NCBI GenBank assembly: GCA_964400285.1
Contig: CAYNTK010000009.1
Coordinates: forward strand, 32,494-96,493
Direction of reading: 5' to 3'
Length of the DNA: 64,000 nucleotides
From: an uncultured Ignavibacteriaceae bacterium
Lineage (GTDB): Bacteria; Bacteroidota; Ignavibacteria; Tepidaquicellales; Tepidaquicellaceae
How positions within the stretch are numbered: the stretch's first letter is position 1; each line of letters starts with the position of its first letter. Position numbers and translations under genes: made by a program. Below are positions 16,559-27,705 of this stretch, piece after piece. Below the pieces are notes generated by a model that was not told the DNA's origin, did no database searches, and was given only the letters and a program-made list of their open reading frames with translations.

Positions 16559-19500
16559 TTGGAAAAAGAAAAAAATAAATTAGAGAAAGATTACTGGCGG
16601 GGATTTAAGGAATTATACAAAGACCCTGAATTTGAAAAAGCTAAAGAAAATGAGTTCGCAAGTGAAATCGTCGAATCTTCAGGTTTAGCCGGGCTTTCGG
16701 GTATGTCGCGAAGAAAGTTTCTTGCTTTGTTCACTGCTTCTGCGGCATTTGCCGCAGCCGGTTGTTCTGATTACAGAGATAAAGGGGCAATCGTTCCCTA
16801 TAATAAAAAGCCCGAAGAAATTACCCCGGGAGTGCCGAACTGGTATGCTTCTACCTGTATGCTCTGTCCGAATGCTTGCGGAATTTTAATCAAGACAAGG
16901 GAAGGAAGACCAATTAAAGTTGATGGTAACCCCGACCATCCGATAAGCAAGGGAAAAATTTGTGCAAAAGGTCAGGCAGGAATATTAAATTTGTACGACC
17001 CGGAGAGATTAAAAGAACCGAAATTTAACACAGGTAATGGTAATATTGTTTCTACGAGTTGGGAATCTGCTGACGAAAAAATAATTGCCGAATTAAAAAA
17101 TCTTTCTTCAAGCGGAAAAGAAATTGCTTTAATAACTCACTCACTTATTTCCCCATCTCAGAAAAAATTATTCGACGACTTTATTTCTACTTACCCGACA
17201 ACAAAAATCTATTCGTATGAATTGACCAACGATGTAAATTATAAAAATGCATTTAAGAAATCTTATGGGACAGATCTTATTCCTTCGGTTAAATTAGATG
17301 AAGCAAAAATAATTTTATCGCTTGAATCCGATTTTCTTGGGAACGAAGGTAACGCAATAGAAAATGCGAGACTATATGCTCAAGGTAGGGATGTTTTTTC
17401 TAAAAAGGAATTTAACCGTTTGTATGCTGTTGAGGGTGCGATGAGTTTAACCGGCGTAAATGCAGATTACAGAATAAGACTTAGAACCGATGCGATAGAA
17501 GAATTTGTAATGTGTTTGTTGAATGAACTGATAATAGAGAAAAAAGTTTCTGCTTATAGTAGCAATGGTGCGGTTGTTGGTAAAATTAAAGATTATAAAT
17601 TAGACGACTTTGTAAAGAAAAATAAATTAAGTGAAAAAATAATTAAAACCCTTGTTGATGATTTTGTGAAAAACCAGGGTGAGTCTTATGTTTCAGCAGG
17701 GCTTAAACTTCCGGAATCTACACATATAGCAATAAATTTACTCAACGAAGTACTCGATGCTTCTAAATTGTATTCTAAAGAATCGATTAATCAAACGATG
17801 CTGCCATTGAGTCAAAAGAGCGATATCGAGAACCTTGTTTCGAGAATGCAGTCCGGTAATATTGGAATGGTTATACATTTTGATACTAACCCTGTTTTTC
17901 ATTTTTCAAAAGATTATAACTATACCGAAGCACTGAAAAAAGTTACCACTGTAGTGACAATGACCGAAAACGTAACAGAAACATCTTCGGTAAGTAATTA
18001 TATCCTTGCTATTAATCACAATTTTGAAAGTTGGGGAGATTACAAGACACGTTCAGGATTTTATAGTTTACAGCAACCTGTAATTGCTCCGCTTTACAAG
18101 ACGAGACAGAAAGAAGCAATTTTACTTTACTGGATTAACGGTGGAAAAGAAGCGTTTACAGAGAATTTATATTTGAATTATTTAAAATCTAATTGGGAAA
18201 AATCAATTTACCCGACACTGAATTTAAAAGTAGATTTTAAAACATTCTGGAATCTTGCATTGCACGATGGAGTGGTAAACTTCAATGAAAAAGTAAACGA
18301 AAATTTTTCTTTTAAAGCAGAGGCATTTACATCGATTTCGGGACCTGTAAAAACGAGCAAAGATTTTGTAGTAATTCTTCGTGACTCATATTATCTGGGT
18401 GACGGAAGGTTGGCGAACAATGGCTGGTTGCAGGAGTTACCGCATCCTGTCTCTAAAATAGTATGGGACAACTATGCGGCAATTTCACCTGCAACTGCCA
18501 TGGTTTTAAACTTGAATTCAAATGATTTAATTGATTTAACAGCCGGCGGAAAATCGTTAAAGCTGCCCGTATTTATTCAACCGGGAATGGCAGATGACGT
18601 TGTTGCAGTTGAGCTTGGATACGGAAGAAAAAAAATTGGAGTAGTTGGCCAGAATGCAGGCTTTGACGCTGTTCAATTAATTTCTAAAAAAGCTCCTATA
18701 TCAGAATGGTTATATAACGACGGCAAGATTTCAAAGGCGGGAGGAACTTATGAACTTGTCTCCACTCAGGAACATTACCCCATTGATGAAAAGAGATATA
18801 ACGATATTCACCTGAAAAGAGAAATTATTCAGGAAGGCACTTACGAGGAATACAAAAAGAATCCGAAATTTTTTAAGGAAGAGAAAAAACATACCGTACT
18901 TTTTAATATAAACGAAGGACATGAATACACAGGAACTAAATGGGCGATGTCGATTGACTTAAACAAATGTATCGGTTGTAACGGATGTGTTGTCGCGTGT
19001 AACGTGGAGAATAATATTCCCGTAGTAGGAAAAGAGCAGGTTGGCAAAAACAGGGAAATGCATTGGATTCGATTGGATAGGTATTACGGCGGGCATTCGG
19101 ATGATCCAAGGGTAAGCTTCCAGCCGATGCTTTGCCAGCATTGCGATAATGCACCCTGCGAAAATGTCTGTCCCGTTGCCGCGACCAATCACAGTCCGGA
19201 CGGCCTGAACCAGATGGCTTATAACAGGTGTGTGGGAACAAGATATTGTGCTAATAACTGTCCTTATAAAGTAAGAAGATATAATTACTTTAATTACAGG
19301 GATAATTATGCCGATGCTTACCAGCAGAAGCAGCCGATAAGTTTACTTTTCAACCCCGAAGTAACAGTACGCTCGAGAGGCGTGATGGAGAAGTGTACGT
19401 TCTGTGTTCAAAGAATAATGGACGAAAGGCAACACGCTACACAAGAGGGTAGAGAAATAAACGGGGATAAGGTATTAACGGCTTGCCAGGAAGCATGTCC

Positions 19501-19660
19501 GTCGAGCGCAATTGTTTTCGGTGACTTAAACAAAAAAGATTCTGAAATAACAAAATACAGAAATCACGAATTAGGATATCACGTGTTGGAAGAAATTAAT
19601 GTAAGGCCAAACGTGACTTATATTGCTAAACTTAGAAACATTAAAGCGGAGAAAAAATAG
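16559..19660 (+). CDS. actB: Alternative Complex III subunit ActB (Tat-signal molybdopterin-oxidoreductase-like domain fused to a 4Fe-4S ferredoxin domain)
   Basis: Twin-arginine signal [20 protein letters not shown]. MopB-like N-terminal region ([23 protein letters not shown]). C-terminal Fe-S motifs: [44 protein letters not shown]...CQEACP. TTG start. Confidence 0.9.
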   Translation: MEKEKNKLEKDYWRGFKELYKDPEFEKAKENEFASEIVESSGLAGLSGMSRRKFLALFTASAAFAAAGCSDYRDKGAIVPYNKKPEEITPGVPNWYASTCMLCPNACGILIKTREGRPIKVDGNPDHPISKGKICAKGQAGILNLYDPERLKEPKFNTGNGNIVSTSWESADEKIIAELKNLSSSGKEIALITHSLISPSQKKLFDDFISTYPTTKIYSYELTNDVNYKNAFKKSYGTDLIPSVKLDEAKIILSLESDFLGNEGNAIENARLYAQGRDVFSKKEFNRLYAVEGAMSLTGVNADYRIRLRTDAIEEFVMCLLNELIIEKKVSAYSSNGAVVGKIKDYKLDDFVKKNKLSEKIIKTLVDDFVKNQGESYVSAGLKLPESTHIAINLLNEVLDASKLYSKESINQTMLPLSQKSDIENLVSRMQSGNIGMVIHFDTNPVFHFSKDYNYTEALKKVTTVVTMTENVTETSSVSNYILAINHNFESWGDYKTRSGFYSLQQPVIAPLYKTRQKEAILLYWINGGKEAFTENLYLNYLKSNWEKSIYPTLNLKVDFKTFWNLALHDGVVNFNEKVNENFSFKAEAFTSISGPVKTSKDFVVILRDSYYLGDGRLANNGWLQELPHPVSKIVWDNYAAISPATAMVLNLNSNDLIDLTAGGKSLKLPVFIQPGMADDVVAVELGYGRKKIGVVGQNAGFDAVQLISKKAPISEWLYNDGKISKAGGTYELVSTQEHYPIDEKRYNDIHLKREIIQEGTYEEYKKNPKFFKEEKKHTVLFNINEGHEYTGTKWAMSIDLNKCIGCNGCVVACNVENNIPVVGKEQVGKNREMHWIRLDRYYGGHSDDPRVSFQPMLCQHCDNAPCENVCPVAATNHSPDGLNQMAYNRCVGTRYCANNCPYKVRRYNYFNYRDNYADAYQQKQPISLLFNPEVTVRSRGVMEKCTFCVQRIMDERQHATQEGREINGDKVLTACQEACPSSAIVFGDLNKKDSEITKYRNHELGYHVLEEINVRPNVTYIAKLRNIKAEKK

Positions 19661-21030
19661 TGACGGCGATAGATTATACACAGGAAATTCCGGTAGTAGA
19701 AGGAAGACCAACCGCATCGCAAATAGACGAAGTCGTTTCTATTCCGATGAATACAAAACCGGGTAAAGTCTGGAAATTGCTGATTACAATTACCTCACTG
19801 ATGTTAATGGTGGGCTCGGTTGCACTCGGATATACTTTTTATTATGGCATCGGTATGTGGGGAAATAACAATCCGGTTGGCTGGGGATTTGATATTGTAA
19901 ACTTTGTATTCTGGGTAGGAATAGGTCACGCAGGAACACTTATTTCTGCAATCCTATTTCTTTTACGTCAGAGATGGCGTACCGGGATAGCAAGATTTGC
20001 AGAGGCAATGACGATTTTTGCGGTAATGTGCGCGGGATTGTTTCCTGCGTTGCATACCGGTAGATTCTGGTTAGACGGATATTTATTTCCATATCCCAAC
20101 CAAAATCATCTTTGGGTAAACTTTACATCACCACTTCTGTGGGACGTATTTGCAGTATCTACTTATTTTACAGTTTCATTAATTTTCTGGTATGTCGGTT
20201 TGATTCCTGATTTTGCGACTTTAAGAGATAGAACAACAAGTAAAATTAAGAAAACTATTTATACATTATTTTCACTTGGGTGGAGGCATTCGACAAGACA
20301 CTGGCAGCATTATGAAAAAATTTACGTTATACTTGCCGGATTTGCAACACCGCTTGTACTTTCCGTTCATACAATCGTTAGTTTTGACTTTGCGGTATCG
20401 GTAATTCCTGGCTGGCATACGACAATCTTTCCGCCATATTTCGTTGCGGGTGCCGTGTTTTCTGGATTTGCAATGGTGCAAAACGTTTTAATTTTTGTAA
20501 GGCAAGCTTTTAATTTGAAACACATCATAACTCTAAATCATCTTGAAAAAATGAATCAGGTTATGATTGTTGTCGGTATGATAGTTGGTTATGCCTATGG
20601 AATGGAGTTCTTTATCGCATGGTACAGTGGAAACGATTTTGAAATGTTTACTTTTATTAATAGGGCTTTAGGACCATACGCCTGGGCTTACTGGATTATG
20701 ATAACGTGCAATGTTCTTTCGCCACAATTTTTCTGGTTTAAAAAACTTAGACGCTCTATACCTTTTATGTTTGTAATCGGAATCATTATTAATATAGGAA
20801 TGTGGTTTGAAAGATTTGTTATTATTGTTACTTCACTGTCGAGGGATTTTCTTCCTTCAAGCTGGGGAATGTATACTCCAACGATATACGATTTTGGAAT
20901 TTTAATATTTTCATTCGGCTTGTTCTTCACTTTATTGTTATTGTTTGTCAAAACACTTCCGGTTGTATCGTTATCGGAAGTTAAAGCAGTGGTTGATGGT
21001 GCACAGCCTTCACACAAAGGAGGACACTAA
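19660..21030 (+). CDS. actC: Alternative Complex III membrane subunit ActC (NrfD/PsrC-like quinol-interacting subunit)
   Basis: 456-aa polytopic protein with NrfD-like blocks ([27 protein letters not shown]). The GTG start overlaps the actB stop by 1 nt. Confidence 0.85.
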   Translation: MTAIDYTQEIPVVEGRPTASQIDEVVSIPMNTKPGKVWKLLITITSLMLMVGSVALGYTFYYGIGMWGNNNPVGWGFDIVNFVFWVGIGHAGTLISAILFLLRQRWRTGIARFAEAMTIFAVMCAGLFPALHTGRFWLDGYLFPYPNQNHLWVNFTSPLLWDVFAVSTYFTVSLIFWYVGLIPDFATLRDRTTSKIKKTIYTLFSLGWRHSTRHWQHYEKIYVILAGFATPLVLSVHTIVSFDFAVSVIPGWHTTIFPPYFVAGAVFSGFAMVQNVLIFVRQAFNLKHIITLNHLEKMNQVMIVVGMIVGYAYGMEFFIAWYSGNDFEMFTFINRALGPYAWAYWIMITCNVLSPQFFWFKKLRRSIPFMFVIGIIINIGMWFERFVIIVTSLSRDFLPSSWGMYTPTIYDFGILIFSFGLFFTLLLLFVKTLPVVSLSEVKAVVDGAQPSHKGGH

Positions 21031-22172
21031 TGGAAGAGAAAAAAATATTTTCCGTAGCAGCATTATTTGATACGCCCGATGAAATTACTTATGCGGCAAA
21101 GGAAGCAAACGCTGCAGGCTATACCAAGTATGATATTAATACTCCATACCCTGTCCACGGAATGGAAAAAGCAATGAAGCTTAAACCATCGAAGCTCGGT
21201 TTGATTACATTTCTTGTTGGCATTGGCGGTGCGACTTTTGCAATTTTGTTTATGTCTTGGGTAACGATAGTTGATTATCCTTTGGTAATTGGTGGTAAGC
21301 CATTTTTCTCTTGGCCCGCATTCGTTCCCATTACTTTTGAGGTTACTGTTTTATCTGCTTCAATTGCAACAGTTGTAGCTATGATTGCTTTGTTCTTTAA
21401 GTTTCCTCATAATAGTCATCCTCTGCACGATACAAACTATATGAAGCGGGTTTCTTCGGATAAATTTGGAATAAATATAGTGTCGATTGACCCGATTTTC
21501 GACGAGGCAAAGATAAAAGATTTTTTTGCAAAGCTCGGTGGAAAAGATATTGAAACTATTTACGAAGAACCATTTCCGAAAGATATTAAGATGTTCGATA
21601 AAAGATTTATCGGAGCACTGGTTTTAGTTGCAATTGTAACAGCTGGAGCATCTTATCTGATATTGAATAAATTATTATATATACAACCGTTCACATGGAT
21701 GGCAGAGCAGGACAAAGGATTACCTCAAACGAAGAGTGAAGTTTTTTTGGATGGTTTTGCGATGAGACCGCCCGTTGATGGTACGATTGCAAGAGATTAT
21801 ATACCTTATGAATACAAAGGATTAAAAGATTCTGCAGTCGTGAATTTATCTAATCCATTACCTTTTTCAAAACAGGTGATAGAAAAAGGTAAAATGAGAT
21901 TTGATACATATTGTAGCCCCTGTCACGGATTTTTGGGAAAGGGTGATACCAGGTTACGCGACCAGTTCCCGAAACCGCCAACGCTTCATAGCGACAAAGT
22001 GCGAAACTGGACTGATGGAAATATTTATCATGTTATAACAAACGGTCAAAATATTATGCCGTCTTATGAAAAACAGATTTCTCGTGATGATAGATGGGCT
22101 ATTGTTCATTATATAAGAGTTTTACAAAGGTCACAGAATGCAAAAGATAGTGATTTTGAAAACAATAAATAA
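21030..22172 (+). CDS. fused ActD (DUF3341) and ActE (monoheme cytochrome c) subunit of Alternative Complex III
   Basis: The N-terminal half has SVAALFDTPDEITYAAKEANAAGYTKYDINTPYPVHG...GGKPFFSWPAFVPITFEVTVL (DUF3341/ActD). The C-terminal half has CSPCHGFLGKGD...NIMPSY...DRWAIVHYIRVLQ (class I cytochrome c / ActE). It is one uninterrupted ORF. Confidence 0.8.
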   Translation: MEEKKIFSVAALFDTPDEITYAAKEANAAGYTKYDINTPYPVHGMEKAMKLKPSKLGLITFLVGIGGATFAILFMSWVTIVDYPLVIGGKPFFSWPAFVPITFEVTVLSASIATVVAMIALFFKFPHNSHPLHDTNYMKRVSSDKFGINIVSIDPIFDEAKIKDFFAKLGGKDIETIYEEPFPKDIKMFDKRFIGALVLVAIVTAGASYLILNKLLYIQPFTWMAEQDKGLPQTKSEVFLDGFAMRPPVDGTIARDYIPYEYKGLKDSAVVNLSNPLPFSKQVIEKGKMRFDTYCSPCHGFLGKGDTRLRDQFPKPPTLHSDKVRNWTDGNIYHVITNGQNIMPSYEKQISRDDRWAIVHYIRVLQRSQNAKDSDFENNK

Positions 22173-22202
22173 TTATAAGAATAATTTTAGTAATAAATAA
22201 AA

Positions 22203-23369
22203 ATGGAATATACGAAGAAAGATTTACCGAAAAAGTTTAGCACGATTGGCTGGGCGCTGGTTGCGGTCGGATTATTGCTTGTAGCTGTATCTTACCTTGT
22301 TAATCCAATGAGAGCTTCGTTCAATAATGTTATTGCACTTATGTTTATGACCGGTATTTCTGTTGGTGCTTTGATATTAGTAGCACTGGAGCATATATCA
22401 GGTGCAGTCTGGAGTACACCAACAAGAAGGGTAAGTGAGTTTCTCTCATCTTCTATCCCATTTGTCTTCTTACTTGGAATTCCTTTGCTTTTCAATCTGC
22501 ACGGTCTATTTCATTGGACACATACTGACGCCGTAAAAAACGATGTCCTTCTACAGGTCAAAGCGCCATATCTTAACACTGGATTTTTTATTGCAAGATA
22601 CATTGGAATCTTTGCGGTTTTGTTTCTTTTTTATTCCATATTCACTCGAAATTCCCAAAAGCAGGATTTTACCAAAGAACAAAATTTAACGAAAAAAAAT
22701 GTGAAAATTTCCGCAATGTTTATGCCAATTGCAGCAATTGGCGTTTCCTTTTTGGCAATAGATTGGATGATGAGTTTAGAGCCACATTGGTATTCTACAA
22801 TTTTTGGAATTTATTATATTACGGCGACATTACTTGCAGGACTCGCTGCTACGACTTATGCGGTGGTTAGTCTGAACGAAAAAGGTTACCTGCATTCATC
22901 AATAGGTCAAGACCATTATTATTCGTTCGGTGCTTTACTTTTTGGTATTACCAATTTCTGGGCTTATATTGCATTTAGCCAATTCTTACTTATTTGGTAC
23001 GCAAATATTCCCGAAGAAACTATGTGGTTTATGATGAGATGGACAGGGGGATGGAAATATGTTACGATTGCTATGATTGTAATTCGTTTCGCAATTCCTT
23101 ATTTTGGTCTGCTAACCGCACCGTCAAAGACTGACCCGAAAAGATTGAAATTAGTTTCTATAATAATTTTGTTTGCTCATTTGTTCGATATGTACTGGTT
23201 GATTATGCCGACCTACAGTGATTCTGCGGTGTTTAGCTTTTACGAAATTGCTTTCCCGGTTCTGATTATCGGCATTTTGATTCTTGTGTTTGCATATCAA
23301 ACAAAGAAACATAATATGATTCCTATTGGCGACCCGAAATTACAAAGGGGTTTGGATTTTCATTTATAA
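22203..23369 (+). CDS. actF: Alternative Complex III membrane subunit ActF
   Basis: 388-aa polytopic membrane protein in the conserved position after ActD/E. The assignment rests on position and on blocks such as LLIWYANIPEE. Confidence 0.7.
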   Translation: MEYTKKDLPKKFSTIGWALVAVGLLLVAVSYLVNPMRASFNNVIALMFMTGISVGALILVALEHISGAVWSTPTRRVSEFLSSSIPFVFLLGIPLLFNLHGLFHWTHTDAVKNDVLLQVKAPYLNTGFFIARYIGIFAVLFLFYSIFTRNSQKQDFTKEQNLTKKNVKISAMFMPIAAIGVSFLAIDWMMSLEPHWYSTIFGIYYITATLLAGLAATTYAVVSLNEKGYLHSSIGQDHYYSFGALLFGITNFWAYIAFSQFLLIWYANIPEETMWFMMRWTGGWKYVTIAMIVIRFAIPYFGLLTAPSKTDPKRLKLVSIIILFAHLFDMYWLIMPTYSDSAVFSFYEIAFPVLIIGILILVFAYQTKKHNMIPIGDPKLQRGLDFHL

Positions 23370-23398
23370 AATTTAAACAATAAATTTTTATTATAAAA

Positions 23399-24334
23399 AT
23401 GATTGGCGAAAAAGACGACATAAATCTTGAGATAGTAGAAAAGAAAAAAATCATTCTTGGTTTTTACGGAATGTTTTATGTTATTATTCTTGGTTTGATT
23501 GCAGCCCTTGGTTGGTTTTATTTGAATAATCTGGAATTATTTACGCGAGAAAAAATTACTCCCTTGGCAAAGTTAAAAGATACTACTAAAACGATAGAAG
23601 ATGTAGCTATGGTAAAAGGTACTATTTCTGCTCCAGTTGATATTTTTAAAGAAAGCGTTTCTACTCCCGATAAAATCGCAAAGGGAAAAACATTATTCGA
23701 AACAAACTGTTCAAGCTGTCACGGAACGGATGGAAGAGGGGACGGAGTAGCAGGAAAGACGATGAATCCTCCCCCGAGAAATTTCCACGAATTAACAGGA
23801 TGGACGAATGGACCTGCTTTTTCAAAAATGTTCAAGACTTTGCAAGAAGGAATTCTTGCAAAAGGAATGGCTTCGTACAGCAACTTACCCGCTGAAGACA
23901 GAATTGCAATGATACATTATATAAGAACGCTTAGGAACGATTACCCCACAATCGAACAAAATGAACTTAAAGAACTCGATAAAACGTATAGTCTCTCTTC
24001 GGGCATCAAACAACCCTCGCAAATTCCTGTTTCTATGGCTAAAGAAAAAATGTTAATAGAGGATTCTATTTTGGTTACGAAAATCGAAAATATTATAAAT
24101 AAGATAAAATCAGATAAGACAAATAAAATTGCGGAGAAATTTAACTCGATGAGTTTTGATTTGAACCGCTCTGTATCGGCACTTGCAACATCAAAAAAAT
24201 GGAATGAAAACGAAACACAATTTGTTAAATTTGTTACAACTGACCCGAAAAGTAAAGGATTCAAAACGTCTGTAATTTCACTTAGCTCTGAAGACTGGGG
24301 TATGATTTATAATTATGCAAAATCATTATTTTGA
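23399..24334 (+). CDS. membrane-anchored monoheme class I cytochrome c with an uncharacterised C-terminal domain
   Basis: One TM (FYGMFYVIILGLIAALGWFYL). Heme motif CSSCHGTDGRGDG. Likely Met ligand GMASY. RIAMIHYIRTLR. About 140 further residues have no recognised motif. Confidence 0.7.
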   Translation: MIGEKDDINLEIVEKKKIILGFYGMFYVIILGLIAALGWFYLNNLELFTREKITPLAKLKDTTKTIEDVAMVKGTISAPVDIFKESVSTPDKIAKGKTLFETNCSSCHGTDGRGDGVAGKTMNPPPRNFHELTGWTNGPAFSKMFKTLQEGILAKGMASYSNLPAEDRIAMIHYIRTLRNDYPTIEQNELKELDKTYSLSSGIKQPSQIPVSMAKEKMLIEDSILVTKIENIINKIKSDKTNKIAEKFNSMSFDLNRSVSALATSKKWNENETQFVKFVTTDPKSKGFKTSVISLSSEDWGMIYNYAKSLF

Positions 24335-24345
24335 AAATTTCTAAA

Positions 24346-25134
24346 ATGAAAAAATTAATTTTGATAATAGTTTTATTTTTTATAGTTAACTTAGTTCTTG
24401 CGGGCGATGATAAGAAATCTCCCGTTGGGATAGATGAAAAACTTGGACAGAAAGTCCCGGGTGATATTACTTTATTTGATGAAACGGGAAAACCTGTAAA
24501 ACTCTTTGATGTAACTAATGGGAAACCTGTAATATTAACCCTTGTTTATTATAGGTGTCCCGGAATTTGTAGCCCTTTGCTTACCGAATTAACCCACATC
24601 ATAGATAAGCTCGACCTTCAGGCGGGAAAGGATTATAATATTGTTACCGTAAGCTTTAATACTTCAGAAGATTATATTATGGCGGCAGAGAAAAAGAAAA
24701 ATTATTTCGGACTTTTAAAAGTTAAAAAACTTTCCGAAAATGACTGGAGATTTTTAACGGCTGACAGTATTAACATTGCAAGAATTACTAATGCCGTAGG
24801 TTTCAGATATATAAAAGAAGGAAATGATTTTGTACACTCGGGAGCTTTGACAATGCTAAGCCCCGATTTGAAAATTACACGCTACTTATACGGCACAGAG
24901 TATCTTCCATTTGATGTTAAGATGGCACTGATGGAAGCATCGGAGGGAAAAATCGGCTCACCGATTTCGAAGATAGCGAAATTATGTTACAGTTATGATG
25001 CAGAGGGAAGAAAATATGTCTTGAACGTTACAAGAATTGCCGGTGGGGGTATATTATTTCTTATAATTACGTTTGCGGTGATACTTGTTGTTACCAAAAG
25101 GAAGAAGAAGGATTTAAATATTAACGCAAATTAA
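24346..25134 (+). CDS. SCO1/SenC family copper chaperone (CuA assembly)
   Basis: Signal/anchor sequence. Thioredoxin-fold CxxxC (YYRCPGICSP). Conserved His (DFVHSGAL). The ORF track starts at a TTG at 24331; the ATG at 24346 (MKKLILIIV) is the more likely start. Confidence 0.85.
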   Translation: MKKLILIIVLFFIVNLVLAGDDKKSPVGIDEKLGQKVPGDITLFDETGKPVKLFDVTNGKPVILTLVYYRCPGICSPLLTELTHIIDKLDLQAGKDYNIVTVSFNTSEDYIMAAEKKKNYFGLLKVKKLSENDWRFLTADSINIARITNAVGFRYIKEGNDFVHSGALTMLSPDLKITRYLYGTEYLPFDVKMALMEASEGKIGSPISKIAKLCYSYDAEGRKYVLNVTRIAGGGILFLIITFAVILVVTKRKKKDLNINAN

Positions 25135-25136
25135 AA

Positions 25137-26738
25137 ATGAACGAAATATCATATCTAAAATACGAAGGGAAACACAAAGGATTAGCGGGATGGCTTCTTT
25201 CAACAGACCATAAGAGAATCGGAATAATGTATCTTGCCGCAATGATTATATTTTTTTTGACGGCTGTTATTTTTGGCATTATGATGAAATTGGAAATGCT
25301 GACCCCGGGCAGAACTATTATGGGTCCGCAGATGTATAATTCCCTGTTTACACTGCACGGCGTAATAATGATTTTTCTTTTTATTATTCCCGGAATTCCC
25401 GCAGTATTCGGAAATTTCTTTCTTCCGATTATGCTTGGGGCAAAAGATGTAGCGTTTCCAAGATTAAATTTACTATCGTGGTATTTTTATATCATCGGTG
25501 CATTTATGGTATTGGGTTCTTTGCTTTTCGGTGGTGGACCGATTGATACAGGTTGGACATTCTATGTGCCTTATAGTATAAGAACAAATACAAATGTTTC
25601 ATTTGCAGTTTTTGCAGCGTTTATTCTGGGATTTTCTTCTATACTTACAGGACTAAATTTTATTACAACAATTCATCGTCTTAGGGCGCCGGGAATGACA
25701 TGGTTTAAAATGCCATTATTTGCGTGGGGTTTATATTCTTCTTCGTGGATACAATTGCTTGCAACTCCTATTTTAGGGATAACATTACTTCTTATAATTC
25801 TTGAAAGAGTGTTTGGCGTCGGTATATTTGACCCCGCTTTAGGCGGTGACCCGCTTTTATATCAACATTTGTTTTGGATATATTCTCACCCGGCAGTTTA
25901 TATTATGATACTTCCCGCTATGGGTCTTGTGTCGGAAATTATACCGACCTTTTCCAAGAAAAACATTTTTGGCTATGGACCGATTGCTATGTCAAGTTTA
26001 GCGATTGCATTCGTTGGTTATCTCGTCTGGGGGCATCATATGTTTTCAAGTGGAATCAGCGATACTTCGAGAGCAATATTTTCCTTACTTACTTTTCTTG
26101 TCGCAATTCCAAGTGGTGTGAAAGTCTTTAACTGGGTAGCAACACTTTATAAGGGTTCGATTGATTTAAGAGCACCATTGTTATTTGTTTTAATCTTTAT
26201 TATCGTTTTCTCGATTGGAGGGCTGACAGGGTTGGTACTGGGTTCTTTGAATACCGATATACATTTGACGGATACTTATTTTGTCGTGGCCCATTTTCAT
26301 TATGTTATGTTTGGCGGAATGGGAACATTATTCTTTGCAGCTTTGCATTATTGGTTTCCCAAAATGTTCGGAAAAACATATAACGAGAAAATAGCAATGA
26401 TAGGAGCATGGATTTTTGCAATAGGTTTTAATATTCTTTATTTTCCTATGTTTGTAATGGGTTATCTGGGAATGCCGAGAAGATATTACGATTATCTTCC
26501 CGAGTTTAAAAATTACCATATTGTTTCTACCGTCGGTTCGTGGATAATGGTCTTGGGTATTTTGATAATACTTTTCAATTTATTAAAAGGATTTTTAAAG
26601 AAGGAAATGATTAAAGAGATAAATCCTTGGGGTGGGACAACTCTTGAGTGGACTGTTCCAACTCCTCCACCGGTCGAGAATTTTGATAAGATACCGACAA
26701 TTACAAAAGGTCCTTACGAAAGAGAAGAACACAAATAA
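25137..26738 (+). CDS. ctaD: heme-copper oxidase subunit I, A2-type
   Basis: Helix VI reads WIYSHPAVYIMILP (the YSHPxV A2-type motif rather than GHPEV). CuB His residues are in WGHHMF. VAHFHYVM is present. Confidence 0.95.
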   Translation: MNEISYLKYEGKHKGLAGWLLSTDHKRIGIMYLAAMIIFFLTAVIFGIMMKLEMLTPGRTIMGPQMYNSLFTLHGVIMIFLFIIPGIPAVFGNFFLPIMLGAKDVAFPRLNLLSWYFYIIGAFMVLGSLLFGGGPIDTGWTFYVPYSIRTNTNVSFAVFAAFILGFSSILTGLNFITTIHRLRAPGMTWFKMPLFAWGLYSSSWIQLLATPILGITLLLIILERVFGVGIFDPALGGDPLLYQHLFWIYSHPAVYIMILPAMGLVSEIIPTFSKKNIFGYGPIAMSSLAIAFVGYLVWGHHMFSSGISDTSRAIFSLLTFLVAIPSGVKVFNWVATLYKGSIDLRAPLLFVLIFIIVFSIGGLTGLVLGSLNTDIHLTDTYFVVAHFHYVMFGGMGTLFFAALHYWFPKMFGKTYNEKIAMIGAWIFAIGFNILYFPMFVMGYLGMPRRYYDYLPEFKNYHIVSTVGSWIMVLGILIILFNLLKGFLKKEMIKEINPWGGTTLEWTVPTPPPVENFDKIPTITKGPYEREEHK

Positions 26739-26771
26739 CAAATAGTAAATAACAAAAAATGATTTTATTTA

Positions 26772-27404
26772 ATGGAAAACGAATTAGCAATTAAAAATAA
26801 AAATTTAGAACATACACATCGTGATGACGTTGGCTCCAAAATGGGGATGTGGCTGTTTCTTTTTACAGAGCTTATTCTTTTTGGAGGAATGTTTATTCTT
26901 TATGCGAGTTATAGGTTTATGTATCCCGATAATTTTCATATTGCTGCATCGAGACTCGATACTATGATAGGAACGGTTAATACGATTATTCTTCTGACAA
27001 GCAGTCTTACCGCCGTTCTTGCTCTTGCTGCTTTACAAAAGAAACAAAAATTATTCAGTATTTATTTGCTGGGTTTTACGATTTTATGCGGGGGAGCATT
27101 TTTAATTAACAAATATTTCGAATGGAGCACAAAGATTCATCACGGCCTGTATCCACGAGGTCCCGAAATGGCAAATCTATCCGATGGCGAAGTTATATTT
27201 TATGGTCTGTACTATGTTATGACGGGGTTGCACGCTTTGCACGTAATAGTTGGTTTGATTTTTTTAACCATTATGATTCTGTTTATTTACAAAGATAGAA
27301 TTACCTATGATAATAACCAGAAACTTGAAAACGCAGGGTTATACTGGCATCTTGTGGATATAATCTGGATTTTCTTATTCCCATTATTTTATTTGATACA
27401 TTAA
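26772..27404 (+). CDS. ctaE: cytochrome c oxidase subunit III
   Basis: [36 protein letters not shown] and [17 protein letters not shown] are canonical subunit III blocks. Confidence 0.9.
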   Translation: MENELAIKNKNLEHTHRDDVGSKMGMWLFLFTELILFGGMFILYASYRFMYPDNFHIAASRLDTMIGTVNTIILLTSSLTAVLALAALQKKQKLFSIYLLGFTILCGGAFLINKYFEWSTKIHHGLYPRGPEMANLSDGEVIFYGLYYVMTGLHALHVIVGLIFLTIMILFIYKDRITYDNNQKLENAGLYWHLVDIIWIFLFPLFYLIH

Positions 27405-27408
27405 TTTT

Positions 27409-27705
27409 ATGGAAAATACACACAGTCATTCAACAAATTATAATATTTACATCCTGGTTTGGATGGGATTAGTCGTCTTAACAACATTGACGGTTGCCAT
27501 TGCGGGTTTAGATTTGGCATACCTTACTGTTGCTGTTGCTTTGGCTATTGCAACAACAAAATCATTACTTGTTGCAAATTATTTTATGCACGTGAAAAGC
27601 GATTCGAGAGTTTTTAAAGTTTTTATTCTTGTTTGCATTGTGATATTTTTAACAATGATAATTTTAACTTTTTTTGATTTAATTTTTAGAAACCCCGTGA
27701 AATGA
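27409..27705 (+). CDS. cytochrome c oxidase subunit IV (prokaryotic small subunit)
   Basis: 98 aa with 3 TM. KSLLVANYFMHVK is typical of the CoxIV/CyoD-like family. The stop overlaps the next start (ATGA). Confidence 0.7.
   Translation: MENTHSHSTNYNIYILVWMGLVVLTTLTVAIAGLDLAYLTVAVALAIATTKSLLVANYFMHVKSDSRVFKVFILVCIVIFLTMIILTFFDLIFRNPVK

Noticed and set aside
18731-19241. Four overlapping minus-strand ORFs inside actB
   Set aside because: The region encodes the conserved Fe-S cluster motifs of ActB on the plus strand, so the antisense ORFs are artefacts.
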